A stretch of 64,000 nt of DNA from Eutreptiella sp. 'Long Island Sound 2002'. Its lineage: Eukaryota > Protista > Euglenida. Numbering within the stretch: the first letter of the stretch is position 1; each line of letters opens with the position of its first letter. The stretch covers positions 8,060,001 to 8,124,000 of the forward strand of contig OZ038378.1 in the NCBI GenBank assembly GCA_964036045.1, written 5' to 3'. The position numbers and the translations under genes are program-made. The notes beneath the pieces are model-generated. The model was not told the origin of the DNA, did not search any database, and saw only the letters and a list, made by a program, of their open reading frames with translations. This document shows positions 48,277 to 60,500 of this stretch, one piece after another.

Positions 48277-51200
48277 GGAATTTCTGTTGTGGTGCCACTC
48301 AGCAGCATACATCAATGTACTGCAAGCATCGGAATCGAGCAGCACACCACTGGAGCTAGAGCCATTCCAGTGAGAAAATATATTTTGCAAAAATATGCCC
48401 TGGAAAATGCATGAGGGAGGAGCTGCTCAATATGCCCCTATGGAACTCAACTTGCTCCACAGCTCATTTGAAATGCAGGAAAACCAGCACCGCACGTACT
48501 GATGCCCATATTGGCAGCAGCAGGGTTTCATAAGGCAAAGGACTGTGTCACGGCAGAGGTACAATTTTTTCTGAGTGTCATCAACCGCATCCCCTCCTCA
48601 TTTTGAGCAGTGTACACCAGACCCATCAGATACATCGACGCGGCGGCACGAAAAGAACCACTGCCCGCCTTTTCATCCCCATGTAAAAGGAACGGAGGTT
48701 GTCAAGGGTTTTGTCGGTATGTGGTAAACATGCCGCTGTCGATGAGAGGTAGACAGACACAGTGTGGGCGGCCTTACACTCTCAGCGAATTCCTTTTGGT
48801 TAAAAGTGCTTGTCGTCACAGCGCTGTTGAGGAAGCACCCAGTAGTGCACGACTCATGCAGTTTGGGGTGCTACCTTTTGACACGTTCCCTGTTGTTATA
48901 TGCACGTCTTCAAGCATTGTTTCTTTCTGCACGACACCCTGTCACTGGTGTGCTCGCTATGGGGGTTTGCACGCAATTTGACTAAAGGTGGAATGAGCTT
49001 TTGAGGTGTTGTTCATCTTCTCTCGATCACCACGGCGCCGGGCTGTCTTGTGTGGATTGCAGTGTATGCACGGTGGCTGCCGGACACCAACAGCAGTGCC
49101 GCAGCACCTGTTTGCAGTGATGCTAGGATGGAGGTCCCTGCCAGGGGCAACACTGGATGCCAGTGTGGTATAGGGCACGTGTGAGTGACATTTTTGAAAG
49201 TAAGGGGCAAATTAGATTTTCTTCTAAAGCGACCTAGGGAGCCAGCAAGGGCGCATGAGACTGGGCAGTGTGCATATTGTGAGGGTGTGATGCCCAGGGT
49301 GACGACCATCGTCAGATTATGGCCAAAGCGACCAATACCTACCACGCCCTAACCTTGTCACACACTGAACAAGCAGGTGGCCAGGAGCTCAGGGCTGAAA
49401 GGCGATAGGAGGCACAACTCATCATAGCCTGGCTGGTAGATCAGGGACAGGGGCAGGGTCTGGCCTGCAGGGCATTTGTCTCACAATAATGACACTGAGT
49501 TAGAGGCAGAGTACAGGGTGGCTCTCCATGACATGACGGTGATGCCTAGATTTGGTTGCTCCTGAGGCCTGCAAAAGAGCCTATATTGTGGTACAGGGAT
49601 GAAGCCGTCGCCAGGGTACCCCGTGTTGCTGCATTGTCGGCCACTGCACGGCTGCCCACCGTGCAGCATTTGCTCCCGAACCACGGTAACATTGCCTGGG
49701 ACCGGACGCGGCGGCTGTCATTGCGTGATGCTGAGGAGCACGGGGACGATGCACCGCCTGCCGTCGCGGCCTCAAGTTCTGTTTTCCCTGAACAGCCGAA
49801 CCCGAACGTGCCGACTTCGGAGCAGCGCCCACACGCCCCACCCTCGCCGCTTGGCATGTGCTCATCAGACATGCAAGTGCCGGGTGCTAAGGATAGCATT
49901 AGCTCAGCTACCTCGCCGCGAAATCAGAAGGACACGGCGACATTTCTGTCAGCAAACCGCCCAGGGGAAAAGAAGGAGACAGTCATGATGATGCCGCACC
50001 ACAGGTGTGTGTGTGTGTGTGTGCGTGCGTGTGTGTGCACGCGCGCGCAGACAGTAATTCAGCACCTGCAATTTTGCACTGACTGGCTGGCTAAGCGCTG
50101 CCGCTGGCGCGCAACTGAACTCATATGGAACGTGCACCACACACACTCACGTCTCGATAGGGCAGGAAAAGCGGCCAGCCAGGGTTTCATGCATGTTTCT
50201 CATGAGTCACTCACTGATGTAGTGGCACAAGAGCTGACTGAAAACAATGGCTGTTACGGGGCAGGAAAAGTCTGGAGGCGCACTACCTGTGTCCCAATGG
50301 CCGGGGCATTCTCCGCCCAGGGTGCAGACCTCCACTCTGTCTGGGCTGCATATGTTAACAGGAAATTTTTCCACCAGCTGGGCCGACTGGAGATTACATC
50401 CGAAGGGTGGCTGGTCTGGCATACACCAGAGCGCCGGGTGGCTCTGTTCCAATTCAGAGACAATATATTGATAGCCACAGACGCCCTTCCCCACAAGAGA
50501 GCCTCCTGTGTGGAGAGAGTGTGTTCCACCCTTAAGAGTAGCTGGGACCTGGAGGTAGAGTGTTCCTGTATCAATGGTCCTGTCACCAGGTGCACAGGAA
50601 GGTGCTGCACCTCGGTCACCAAGGCTGTTAGGGTTGTGATGGTATTGCTCGGGACAAACACCCACACAGATTTGCGGAACCGGCGGAGCTCAGTGCGAAT
50701 TGGACTCTTAAACTGGGCCCACCCCTAATTAGCCCACTCCACTCGTACCAGTGATACTTGCCCTCCATTTTCACATGCATTTTAACGAATGCACTGCCGT
50801 GGGCAGGGATGTGGTTAGGCCAGATCCTGGGGACAGGTGGCTGTAGTTTCAGGGTACTGTCGGTCCGATGCCATGCGAGCCATGCATAAGGCAGTGGCTA
50901 GAGCATTACTCGTGCATGCCCCATGCCCACTAGGTCACCACCAAAGTACTCCATCACATTTCCTACAAACTGCCGGTGACGCGTTGCGTGGCAGTGAGGG
51001 CAGTGAGGGCACTGGGGGTATGGCTGAAACAACATTTATGGTGGTGTGACGACCTCTATTCTTCATGGATCTTACCCCAAACCTGACAAGACCTGACAGT
51101 GGACGGTGCCTGCATTAAAGTTTGGCAAACCTCAATGGACTCACAGTTGTGCAACACCCGTGAGCCGGCGGATGGTGCATCGCAGCAGGCTGCCGTTACT

Positions 51201-54200
51201 GCGGTCCACATGTGATGACTACCTCAGAGGCAAGTTCCAGATGGTATCGCAGACAGTGCAGGGGGCTGAAACGGTAGCACAATAGGCTCTAGCGGCGCTT
51301 AAACGGCCTATATGTCCTGTGCGGGGAGGCAAGGCATTGGTTCAAAGAATGCTAGCTTTATGATCTGGCCATCCATCATGTCAAAAACCCACAAGAGTGG
51401 GCTCCCAAAGCGGGTATGCAGCAGCTGTCCATGGCGGCTTGGTGCCTGCGGCACGGTACTTCTAGACACTCCACGGCCTCCTGTGACAGCACGAGTGCAG
51501 CAATCTTACTACTACCGGGTGATGCTCGAGCCCAATATGAGAATGTGTGCCTCCAGTGTAACATGGTGGGCCACTCAATGACTCAGTGCATGCGTCTCGC
51601 TCCAATCACATCCATAGAAAATGCTGCGGCAATCAAGGGGCTAAAAACAGAGACATCGTCGTTGCGAAAAGCCATCAGCAACATGCAGCAAGCCCAGAGT
51701 GATCTTCCCACGATTCAGTAGAAGCTAAGCATCTGAATGGTTGCGTCGGTTTGAGGCACAGTCCGATCCTTTCAAGCCCCTCCCCTATACCCTTGGTGCA
51801 CAGATGGCCCCTCCCCTCAGCCCGGGTTCACCAATCTTGACAGCCCCTTCCCCGACTACTACACCCGAAGCCACTAGATCTCCTCCCAATACATGGAGCC
51901 CAGCGGCCCCTGCCTCCCGTACAACGGAATTCGATGTGGTCATGGCTCTTTTCACACTGGTGGACCCAATGATACTTCCGTGGACACACCTAGCAAGGAT
52001 CAGGGGGCACGTTGCTGGTGTTGTGGCATGGCTTGTCTCCCATGCCCGCTCGCCCCAACGCCGGGCATTCACGTGCCCAATGCCCCCCTTCATGACACGA
52101 CGGACAGATTTTGACTGTAGGGCGCAATGCTAGTGGTGGCATCATCGGCACCCAGGGCACTGCCGGAGAGCTGGCAGCAAGCTGCTACGGAGCCCCAAAG
52201 GAGATTGGCTTGTTGTGGATCACGGTCGGCGGAGGAGGGAACAACTGACCCGCCGATCGCACCGTGGATGTCGACGCGGCGGAAATTGCTGCAGAGGATC
52301 CACCCGGGAGTGGATTTGTTGGAGGGAGCAAACTCATGATCGAAGTGATGGCGATTAGTAGAAAACAACAAGACTGATAAATGGTCAGCCGGCTGCCAAT
52401 AGCAGGTTCACACCCGTTGGGAACCGCAAAACAAGAACAAAGCAAGAAAAGCGGTTGGAGAAACTCCTCAGGAACTGTAGAGTAGTCCTAGACGTCTTTC
52501 AGTTTGCCAAAGAGTGCACAGTGTACGTGTAAGGTGCACCATTGCTCTCCACCCGACCGTAATAGATCCACGGAGGAGCTCGTGTTGTGTCTACCAAATG
52601 CCATGCAATTCGAACTGTGTTGGGTGCTGTCACCCAACTGCGCGCGCACACACAGTTGTCAACAAACAGATGAGCACAACGCCAGTCTGGATGTAAGTTC
52701 CTCGTCATTGGTCATCAAACAAGACACAGCATGTTGAACGCCAATAGGCGCCTTTTTGCGGGAAGCAGGCACATAGCGAGAATTCTGAAGTCACCCAGCC
52801 TTGCAAAGAAACAGCAGCACTGCACTGCCATGCTAGCAGCACAGGCATCTAGGCATCTGCAATCGGCAACCGAACCAGACGGCGCAGTGCAGCCAGGCCA
52901 TGTGTGCACCATGCAACGAACACGTGTGACATCGTCAGTTCACACCGTTCCGGTGATGGAGTTTGGGCTCGTACAGTGCACCCGTTATGTGCCTTCTCCC
53001 GCGCACCGCCTTCCAAGGTTTGTGGTATCGTCAAATCAACAGGAGAATAGCAAACGTGAGTCACAGATCAAAGATCAAATAGTACACCATCATTGGTATA
53101 CTAAACACACACATTGGACTCCCAGGGCCTTTTACATCGGCAATCCTCCTCCATGCACTCCCGGATGAGTGCCTGCACTGCCCCGAAATCTGAATTCCAG
53201 GCTCCGCACGAGACCACGGGCACCAAAAGAGGGGCGGGAGAAAGGGAAGAGGCAGACGACACCGCTCGCGGGTCACAACGTATAACCACAACATGCTCTG
53301 GTGACCCTTCGGGGCAGTCTAGCAATTGGATCAACTTGCCGCCGCCGGCTGCCGATATCTGGATATTTGGATCCTCCATGCCGGGGGCACAGGGGGGTGC
53401 AGCACTGCTGCGCCCGGCACCACGAGGGACACCCTCAACGGGTGCTCGAGGTGGGGCCTGCGCGACAGCGCACACTACTTGGGACGGGAGGAGTATGTGC
53501 CCCCCTTGCGCCCCCTCCCCCCCTCCCCGGGTGGGGGGGGGATGCAAAGATGGCCTCGCAGGGGTTGGGAGCCGAACCGACGTCCACAAGGCGCACGGGG
53601 GACCTACGCAAGGGCCATGGAGGGCTACACCCCTGCGGCGCGCGTTAGGAATAATTCCGACAGCAAACAAGGCAGGCAATTCTATGTTGTTGTATTTCCT
53701 ACTTTTTCACACTCCACCCCTCTACACTAGGCAATACGCCCCTTCGGGACTCTTTTTTCTTTTTTGAGCCGCCCCCTCCCCTCGTTTACCCGTGTGTGTT
53801 GGGGCTCGGGGTTGGGGTGATGGGGAATGCCGGGTTACGTAGCCATTCCGCCCACGGTCCATTTCTTGCTCATTTTCACCACATCCACTCTTTTTCTACG
53901 TTGATTTCCCCACCATGGGGAAGGTAGGGGTGATGTAGCCAATCAGCCCAATTGTGGGCTTTCAACCTTCCGGTGCTATTGAGGAAACCAGGCCAATTCG
54001 TTAACCTTCGGGTGCTATTGAGGATAACCGGTTCACAGTTCTCTCCTCCACGTTGGAGGCCTCTTGAGTTGGGGATACGGACTCCCACGCTTCGGTTTGT
54101 TGTACACGTGCAGCATTTCATGAACAAGAGGAGCGTTAAGTATCAACCACAAGGTCCTTGGGGTCATTTTCCGAAGAACATCTTCCGGACGAAAGCATGT

Positions 54201-57200
54201 ACAGTGGATTCTGACTCATCCTCATGCTCGTCCACCTCCTCGTCAAGTTCATCATCGCTCACCCCGAAGGATACCTCATGCAGCAATGATGCGATTGAGT
54301 CGGAGATCAATTACTCCCCGGATGACGAATAAAGTGGGAGTGGCCATGGAAGGCACCGAACCGACACCCACATGGCATTGGGCACCCCATGTGGTGTAAA
54401 CTCGAAACGCGAAACGATACGAAGCGCGAAACGAAACAAAAGGCTCGTCGTGCGGGAATGGGCACCCCGTTCGGCGACGGGGAGTCGTTGCAAGCAACCT
54501 CTCCTTGGGGTATGGGGCAGAAGCAGCAATGGGGCTCTGCTGCTTCTCGCCGAGGGAGCAACGCCCCTCCTCCGCAACCACAGTAGAAGGGTGTGATTCC
54601 CTACCACGCTTTGCACATTGAGCCGGGGCCGTAGTCTCTCCATTGTAGAGAGCGATGGTGTCAACGGATCAATGTGCACCCCCCCTCCCCCCCAACCCCA
54701 ACCCCCTCCCTGTATAGGCAGGTACTCCAATGGTCATGGAATGGTGTTTTTTCTTTCTTGTTGCAAGTTTCACTATTTCTGCATTTTAAGAGGATTATTC
54801 CTGCCCTACAGCGCGCAGGAGTAGCCCTCGTGGGAGGGTGGTAGGGGAAGATACCTAACCTTGGGGCCCCTGTCCTTGCGTCGCGCCCGGTCACCACGGG
54901 GGGGCGAGTCCCAGGGGCCAGGGCTTAGGCTAACCCCTAACCCTATCCCACAAGCCCTTCCCTGACCCAAGAGCGTCCAAGACAATAATAGCCACATGCC
55001 CGTGTGAATAGTGCAGAGCACGCGCATGCGCGCACACACACACAACAAACACACAACACACAACACATATGTGAACACACAGGCACACACATGCACATGC
55101 GCACACAACCCACACAAATGCCACGCCCTCTTTTCCTGTTGAGCCGTGTTTACTCTTGCCTTACATTTGCTCACCTCTCCAACCATGCACATAGCAATGA
55201 CGACAGCATCTTGGAGGGAGCCAAGCTGCAGCATTTCAAGCGCTCCGCCTTCAGCAACCTGCCAGTTGTGGACTGCGGCTACATGCCGCACCAGTTGGCC
55301 AAGCTCTCCTGGGGTGCCCGCGCACTGTTCAAATTCTGTCGGTCATGTGCTATGTCGCTATTCTTCTTGGACACACTTTTCCATATGCTTCGTCCATATG
55401 ACCTCATCTTCTGCGCCGGCATTGTTGTGGCCACGTACTTCTGTCAGCAATACCGACTGGAGCTCAACATCCAACCCACGCTGCTCCTGAACATCCTCAT
55501 GTTCCCGCTCTCTTTCGCCGTGAACGCCGCGTACCAGCGCCGTGAGGCCGCACTGCAGCACTTTGGAAGCTTCAAGTCCCACACCCTGAACATCTATTTA
55601 CTGCACCGCGGTTGGCAGTTTGAGCCTGACCTGCCCCTTGATTTCCTCGACTGCAGCCGCGTCTGCATCCAAAGAGCCTTCAGTGCGGCCCGCATGTACC
55701 TCATGTCGCGTGTGGAGAGCGAGAAACACGACCAGCTCAAGGTCTTCTACGACACGGTGTCGGAGATCACGCTGATGAACGACGTGCTCCGTCTGTCGGG
55801 CTTACCGCCGCCGCTCATCGCAGTGGCGGTCGGTGACCTCCGTGACAGTCTTGAAGCGTTCGAGCATTTGCGTTGCTTCAGTGACTACCGTACGCCATCC
55901 GGCATCCGGGCATTTATGCGGCTGTGCCAATACCTCATCCCGCTGCTGCTGACGCCCTACTTCGCCACCCTCACAAAAGACATGACGCACCCCGCGAGTA
56001 TGCCCATGTCCCGGTCAGGGTTAGGGTTAGGGCTCCATGAAGGTGGCGAGGGCTTTGTTTTTCGTGTGACCTGCTTTGGTTGGTTGAGGTCGCCTGTGCC
56101 AGTCACAGGGCGTTTCGCCCGCATTTTGCGGCCCATTGGACGCGGTGCAACACTGTGCGCCTCCTGCGCGCCACCGCACCCTTCCCTTTATGGCATCCCC
56201 CAGCCCTTGGCAGACCCTGCCCCGGGCCCCGGGCCCCGGTGCGCCCCAACTGGCATACTCCTTCAGCCCTTCTGCCGCAACCCCCCCCCCCCATTGTGCG
56301 CACACATGAACGGCGCTACTGGACCGTTTGTCAGAAGAGGGGCTGTCTGCCTCTTTTCCTTTTCTTGTCTTGTCACGTCTCCGGTACATGGACGGCCTAA
56401 AGTCGCAGACCAAATCTGCTGCTGCAGACGGTGTCTACAGAGTACAGATTGGTATCCTGTTGGTATGCCCATGTGAACAGGTAACCTGCCAGCCCGACCC
56501 CCCCCCCCCCCGTGCGCCCCACCGCCGCCCCCCTCGCCCCACCGCAATCTGCCCCCTTCCGTGCGCCTCGTGGGCACGACCCTCACTGTGCGCTTTGTGA
56601 AACGGGGTGTTCCGACTGAAGTCTGCCATCGGGAGTGGAGGGGGGCAGGTGCAGTTTGTGGGTCCGAACGGGGGTTCAGTCCCGCTGCTCACCATCGCAG
56701 CATGTTGCCCCGGCGGCGTCCACGGCAGAGGCCTCATATGACATGCGTGAGTCCTTCGGTTCTGCAGACTGCCATGGGCTGAGCCACTACACCGATAGCT
56801 CAACGGCTCTTGAGGCTTTTCAGGTGCGTCGCTGACTGTCAGCACGGGTGACAACTTGCGTACCCCCCTGGCGTCTGGGAGCGCAGGGGAGGCGAGCACC
56901 GAGACCAGACACATGACAGGCATGACCCCTGTCAGCGCAACGGTCGTCTTAGTTTTGCGTGTGCCACAAGATGGGCACCGTACCCCAAGCCCCGCCCTGA
57001 TCACCTCATCACCCTGTCCATTACTCTGTCGACCAGGTAATTACCTCGCGTTCATCGCTGCCGGATTCATCTCCCTCCCCTTCCTCCTGCTCATCAACAT
57101 TCAACTGTCCCTCGAAAACCCCTTCTCGGGGGAGGATGATGATGACGCCGACCCCGACGACATCCGCTTAGATGAGCTGCAGCTGATGGGGTATATGAAG

Positions 57201-59832
57201 GAGGATGCTATGTTACAGGCTGAGATTCAGGCTGAGATTCAGGAGATCCAGCGCAACAAGGTTCCCCCACTTGAACCCAAACCTCTTTGTTCCACGAGGA
57301 TAATTGCTCAGGGGCTGCACACTGCATGCAGAGTGACACCCCCCCCCCCACTGCAAGCCCAACAACGACAATAAAACAACAACAAACAAAGGAAACCAAC
57401 AGCCACAACGATGATGACGACACCACAAGCAGCAGCGGCGGCAACAACCACAATTACAATAACAGCGGCAGCAAGAACAGCAGTAGCACCACCACCACCC
57501 CCAACAATGGCAGCAACAGCAGCAGCACAAGCAACAACAGCAGCAGCAGCAGCAGCAATGACAGCAGCAACAACATCAACAGCAACAACCCATTTGCTTG
57601 CTTGACCTTTGCCCCTCCCCGCTGGGGGTGGCGTTCTTTGTCTCCCTCCGGGTTGTGGTGGGGATGTCCCTCGTGCGTGTCCCTCCCAGTCAGGGTTATG
57701 GTTATCCATTGTTAATCGTCCCTCCCTCCTGGCCAGCGGTATGGTTACTCATCTCCCTCTGGGTTGGGGATAGGGCTATCCGCGCTCGCTCCCTCGCGGT
57801 CAGTGATAGGGGTTTTCCTCCCACGCGCCCTCCCAAATAGGAGAAGGGTTGCCACTCTCCCTCCAGGTTAGGGGTAGGGTTATCCGTCCTCCCTCCCGGT
57901 GAGGTGTAGGGCTGCCGGTCTCCCTCCCAGCCAAAGAGAAGGGGTTCGCAGTTTACCTCCCTCGTTGGCCCTTCAGTGAGCACTTACCTCCGGGCAAGTT
58001 GTGCACGCAGCGGGGGGGTCTGGGTGGCCCACTGTGCGGGTGCCGCGTCGGACGAGTGGATCCCATTCACCCTGGATCTGACCTGCCACACAATACCCTC
58101 AGGCAGATCAGTAGGAGGCAATGCAGATGCAGAAGCAAGAGGGTGAGCATCGACGGCGAGTGCCAGGGTTGATGGGGGCTGTGTTACAAAGTTGTGGCGT
58201 GGGGTCCCTCAGGGAGCATGGGTCGGTGTCGTCACAACTGCTATGGGGTCCTTGCAATGGCACGCGTGTAGTTCACAACAGGAGGGTATGTGTGTTCTGC
58301 CAGAGGAGCCGCACATACGGCGTACCCTCGGTGGCGGTTGCTTGTGTGTGTGTGTCACAATGTGATTGTGCGCTGTTGGTCGGCGGTCAGCGCTGAGGTG
58401 GAGATGCTGCTGCTGCTGCTGCCGCTGCTGTTGTGTGTCTTTGTTGTCAATTTTGTCGGTGGTGGTGGTGGTGGTGGTGTTGTAGCTTCCTGTGGTTGTT
58501 GTGGCTGAACAACAACGACACCAACACCAACAAAAGCAACAACAACAGCGGCAATGTGGTGTTGTGGTTACAATTAACATTGGTGTTGGTGTTGTTGCCA
58601 CTGCCGTTGTCATCATTGTTCATGTTATTATTAATTTTGCTGGTGTGGCGGTTGCAGACGTAGTGATGATTGTTGCTGTCGCTGTTTGCCACTTTTCTTG
58701 CTGCTGCTGCTGTTGCTGCTGTTGTTGTTGTTGCAGCTGCTACTGTTGCTGCCCCGCCGCTTCTGCTGTTGTTATGGGTGGTGGCGGTGGTGCTGCTTTT
58801 GTTGGTGTTGTGGTTGCTTTTGTTGTTGGTGGTGGTGTTGCTACTGCTGTTGTTGCTGCTGTTGCTGTTGATGTTGTTGCTGTTGATGTTACGCTTAGCG
58901 CCCGCCCTTGGCGGATGGTTCTGGGGTATGGTTAGCCCAATACCGCCACACACGTGGCATGGCCACCCCAATGTAGGTGGTGTGTGAAGAGTCAGAAGTT
59001 AATGCGACCGACCACCTAGTTTGCCCATCGTTTCTCTGACAGCAGTAACAACAGCGGCAGTAGCAAGAAAAGCAGCAGCACTTTTAACAGTAAAGCGAAA
59101 TATGAAGCTCGTGGATAGCGAGGAGGGAGATTCTTCAGCAACACAAAACTACCAGCAAAAAATGACTGAAATAAAACGGAATCCCAAGAGCCCAAAAAAA
59201 GTCAGGAAAAGGAGGTACACCAGAGGTAAGGGAGGGAAAACCCTAGGGCGCGCCAAGTAAATTTCTCCGAGGGCAGACAACAACGCGACAAAAAAGTGGC
59301 CGTGTTGTGCATTGTCAGCGTGTGTAGCAGCATCACTCTTAGCGGTTGGAGCTGGGATGTCTCACGGAGGAGAGCACCTGCCTTTCGCTCTCAAACACGC
59401 TTTTCAAGCACGAAATGCCCTTCCAAAATGACGAAAAAGAGGGGCGGCCCCTCTCTTTTGTACGCGGCCTGCACTGATCGAGTGCTAGACGTGCCACTTG
59501 GCGGTGCTGGAACAGTAGTTGTGCGGTTGTTGCCGGAGTAGTGCTGCTGGGTGCTGCGGTTGCCGGCGGTACTGGTGGTGGTGAACTGGGGGTTGTGCTG
59601 CTGTGTGAGTGGTGGTGATGGGAGTGCTGCTGCCGGTACTGGTCCTCCCCCTGGAGTGGGCGTGCTGGCATGGCGCTCCTGCTGCCAGAGGCTTCTCGAA
59701 ATCATTCGCATCAATCTCCAGGACGGACGGGACGCCGCGTCGGAGTACAGTGAGGACGGCACCCCCGTCACAACTGCGGCACCAGGCACTGCCCCTCCGG
59801 CCAACCCGTCTCTCAAGACCTCCTGGGAATAG
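39436..59832 (+). CDS. SAM-domain + bestrophin-family (RFP-TM) channel protein, 5' partial, at least 594 aa
   Basis: Exons: 39436-39633, 47341-47756, 55195-55997, 57037-57260, 59689-59832. All introns are GT-AG with matching phases (0, 2, 1, 0). The SAM domain is DPTLWSMDDVVMWLQAV...IDGPVLMQLSME|EWKEAVPLLGPRKVLYHNLAQLK. Bestrophin motifs are FPLSFAVNAAYQRREAA, RTPSGIRAFM and LENPFSGEDDDDADPDDIRLD. The last exon is less certain and the start exon was not found. Confidence 0.82.
40132..40642 (+). mobile_element. Candidate SINE: tRNA-like head (40132-40203), body, (CA)n tail
   Basis: A-box-like TAACTCAACCTGG, the arm GCGTAGGTCTCGCAACC (resembling tRNA-Thr/Ala) and B-box-like GGGATCGATCC, with (CA)n at 40613-40642. 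The minus strand of the body encodes GVHPCIAPRPVRYALGPEP, resembling the RT motif GVRQGCPLSP. Confidence 0.4.
40950..45257 (+). mobile_element. Degenerate, internally deleted LINE (L1/Tx1-like): ORF1-like region, zf-RVT, RNase H, (CA)n tail
   Basis: A near-continuous ORF1-like frame spans 40972-42527. The zf-RVT-like segment WPALWKSNVPAITQEF...CAWCGAQDPVYHFVKSC lies at 43270-43435, followed by LWWGLHRLWTLRC. RNase H motifs VHAWVDGS..AGFGVYF..QTNNR, YSGSKWCV and HIYGHNMLVYNEEADVLAKAG lie at about 44388-44795. No endonuclease or RT core was seen. Confidence 0.75.
42888..43038 (+). repeat. 12-bp minisatellite (GGTTCCCTAATW)
   Basis: About 12 degenerate units lying between the LINE ORF1-like region and zf-RVT. 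Confidence 0.85.
50050..50940 (+). mobile_element. Penelope-like element reverse transcriptase remnant
   Basis: LTDVVAQELTENNGCYGAGKVWRRTTCVPMAGAFSAQGADL resembles PLE motif B' (N.F.F.G..Y.Q..G.PMGS.LS..LA). QFRDNILI occupies the YxDD position. A frameshifted continuation follows (LPSIFTCILTNALPW...SGYCRSDAMRAMH). The 5' part is broken by a (GT)n tract. Confidence 0.6.
51416..51721 (+). mobile_element. Gag-like fragment with CCHC zinc knuckle
   Basis: CLQCNMVGHSMTQC (C-X2-C-X4-H-X4-C) at 51548-51589, followed by a coiled-coil-like stretch. Confidence 0.55.
57360..57590 (+). repeat. Low-complexity CAN (CAA/CAG/CAC) triplet tract
   Basis: Cryptic trinucleotide repeat inside the intron 57261-59688. 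Confidence 0.85.
57677..57960 (+). repeat. Degenerate 30-40-bp tandem repeat with CTCCCTCC..GGTTAGGGGTAGGGTTATCC consensus
   Basis: About 7 diverged units, each with CTCCCTC followed by a telomere-like G-rich block. Confidence 0.6.
58400..58890 (+). repeat. Low-complexity NTG (GTT/GCT/GGT) triplet tract, largely complementary to 57360-57590
   Basis: For example, GTTGCTGTTGATGTTGTT is the reverse complement of AACAACATCAACAGCAAC at about 57568. Confidence 0.8.
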
Positions 59833-60500
59833 CCATTTCGGCTTCGAACGCGAACTGTGGCACGGGCATCGACGACTGTGGGGTCCGTCCTTTTGAGACT
59901 GACCTCCTGAACCGCATCGTGGGCAGCCTCCCATCCCGGCGTGCCGCGCGGCCACAGCACGGCCGCACTTCCTCGGGAGACACCTGAACACGCGACAGAT
60001 GAGTCATTCCGGTCAAAGCGAGTTATCCTTTAGGACTCAGTACCGCATCCGGGCGAGGCCTGTGCATGCCGGGGCGGGTGCCCCCGCACCCTCACCGGGA
60101 AGATTACAAATCCGCCCGGCGCTCCCAAGTGCCCTCCAACCGCTTTGTAACCGCCAGCATTTGCCTCTCAACCGCTTTTCCAACGACCAGTGACCGCCTT
60201 GACTTAGATCTTGAGACCTCTCACCGGCCTCCCCCCCCATTCAAGCCCACAAACCGGCTGAATGTGGGGACCGGGCAGCCCTTGTCTTGTCTGGAGTTCT
60301 CTAATCGACGCTGCCGCACCTCCCCAATAGTGTTCCCTCGGAGGCCTGCACTGTACGTGCCCTCCTCACGACGACCGGAGTGGTGCACACTCGGGTGACG
60401 CCAAGCTGAAGCCCTGCCGCTGGGCGCCCCCCACCCCCGCGGGCGTAGGATCTGGCCAGGGCCCTCAGTCAAACCCGTCGGCAACCTCCGCCTTCCGCAG

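Noticed and set aside
56000-56476. In-frame continuation of the bestrophin ORF to 56476
   Set aside because: After the GTATGC donor at 55998 the sequence becomes low-complexity and telomere-like; bestrophin homology resumes at 57037, so this stretch is intron.
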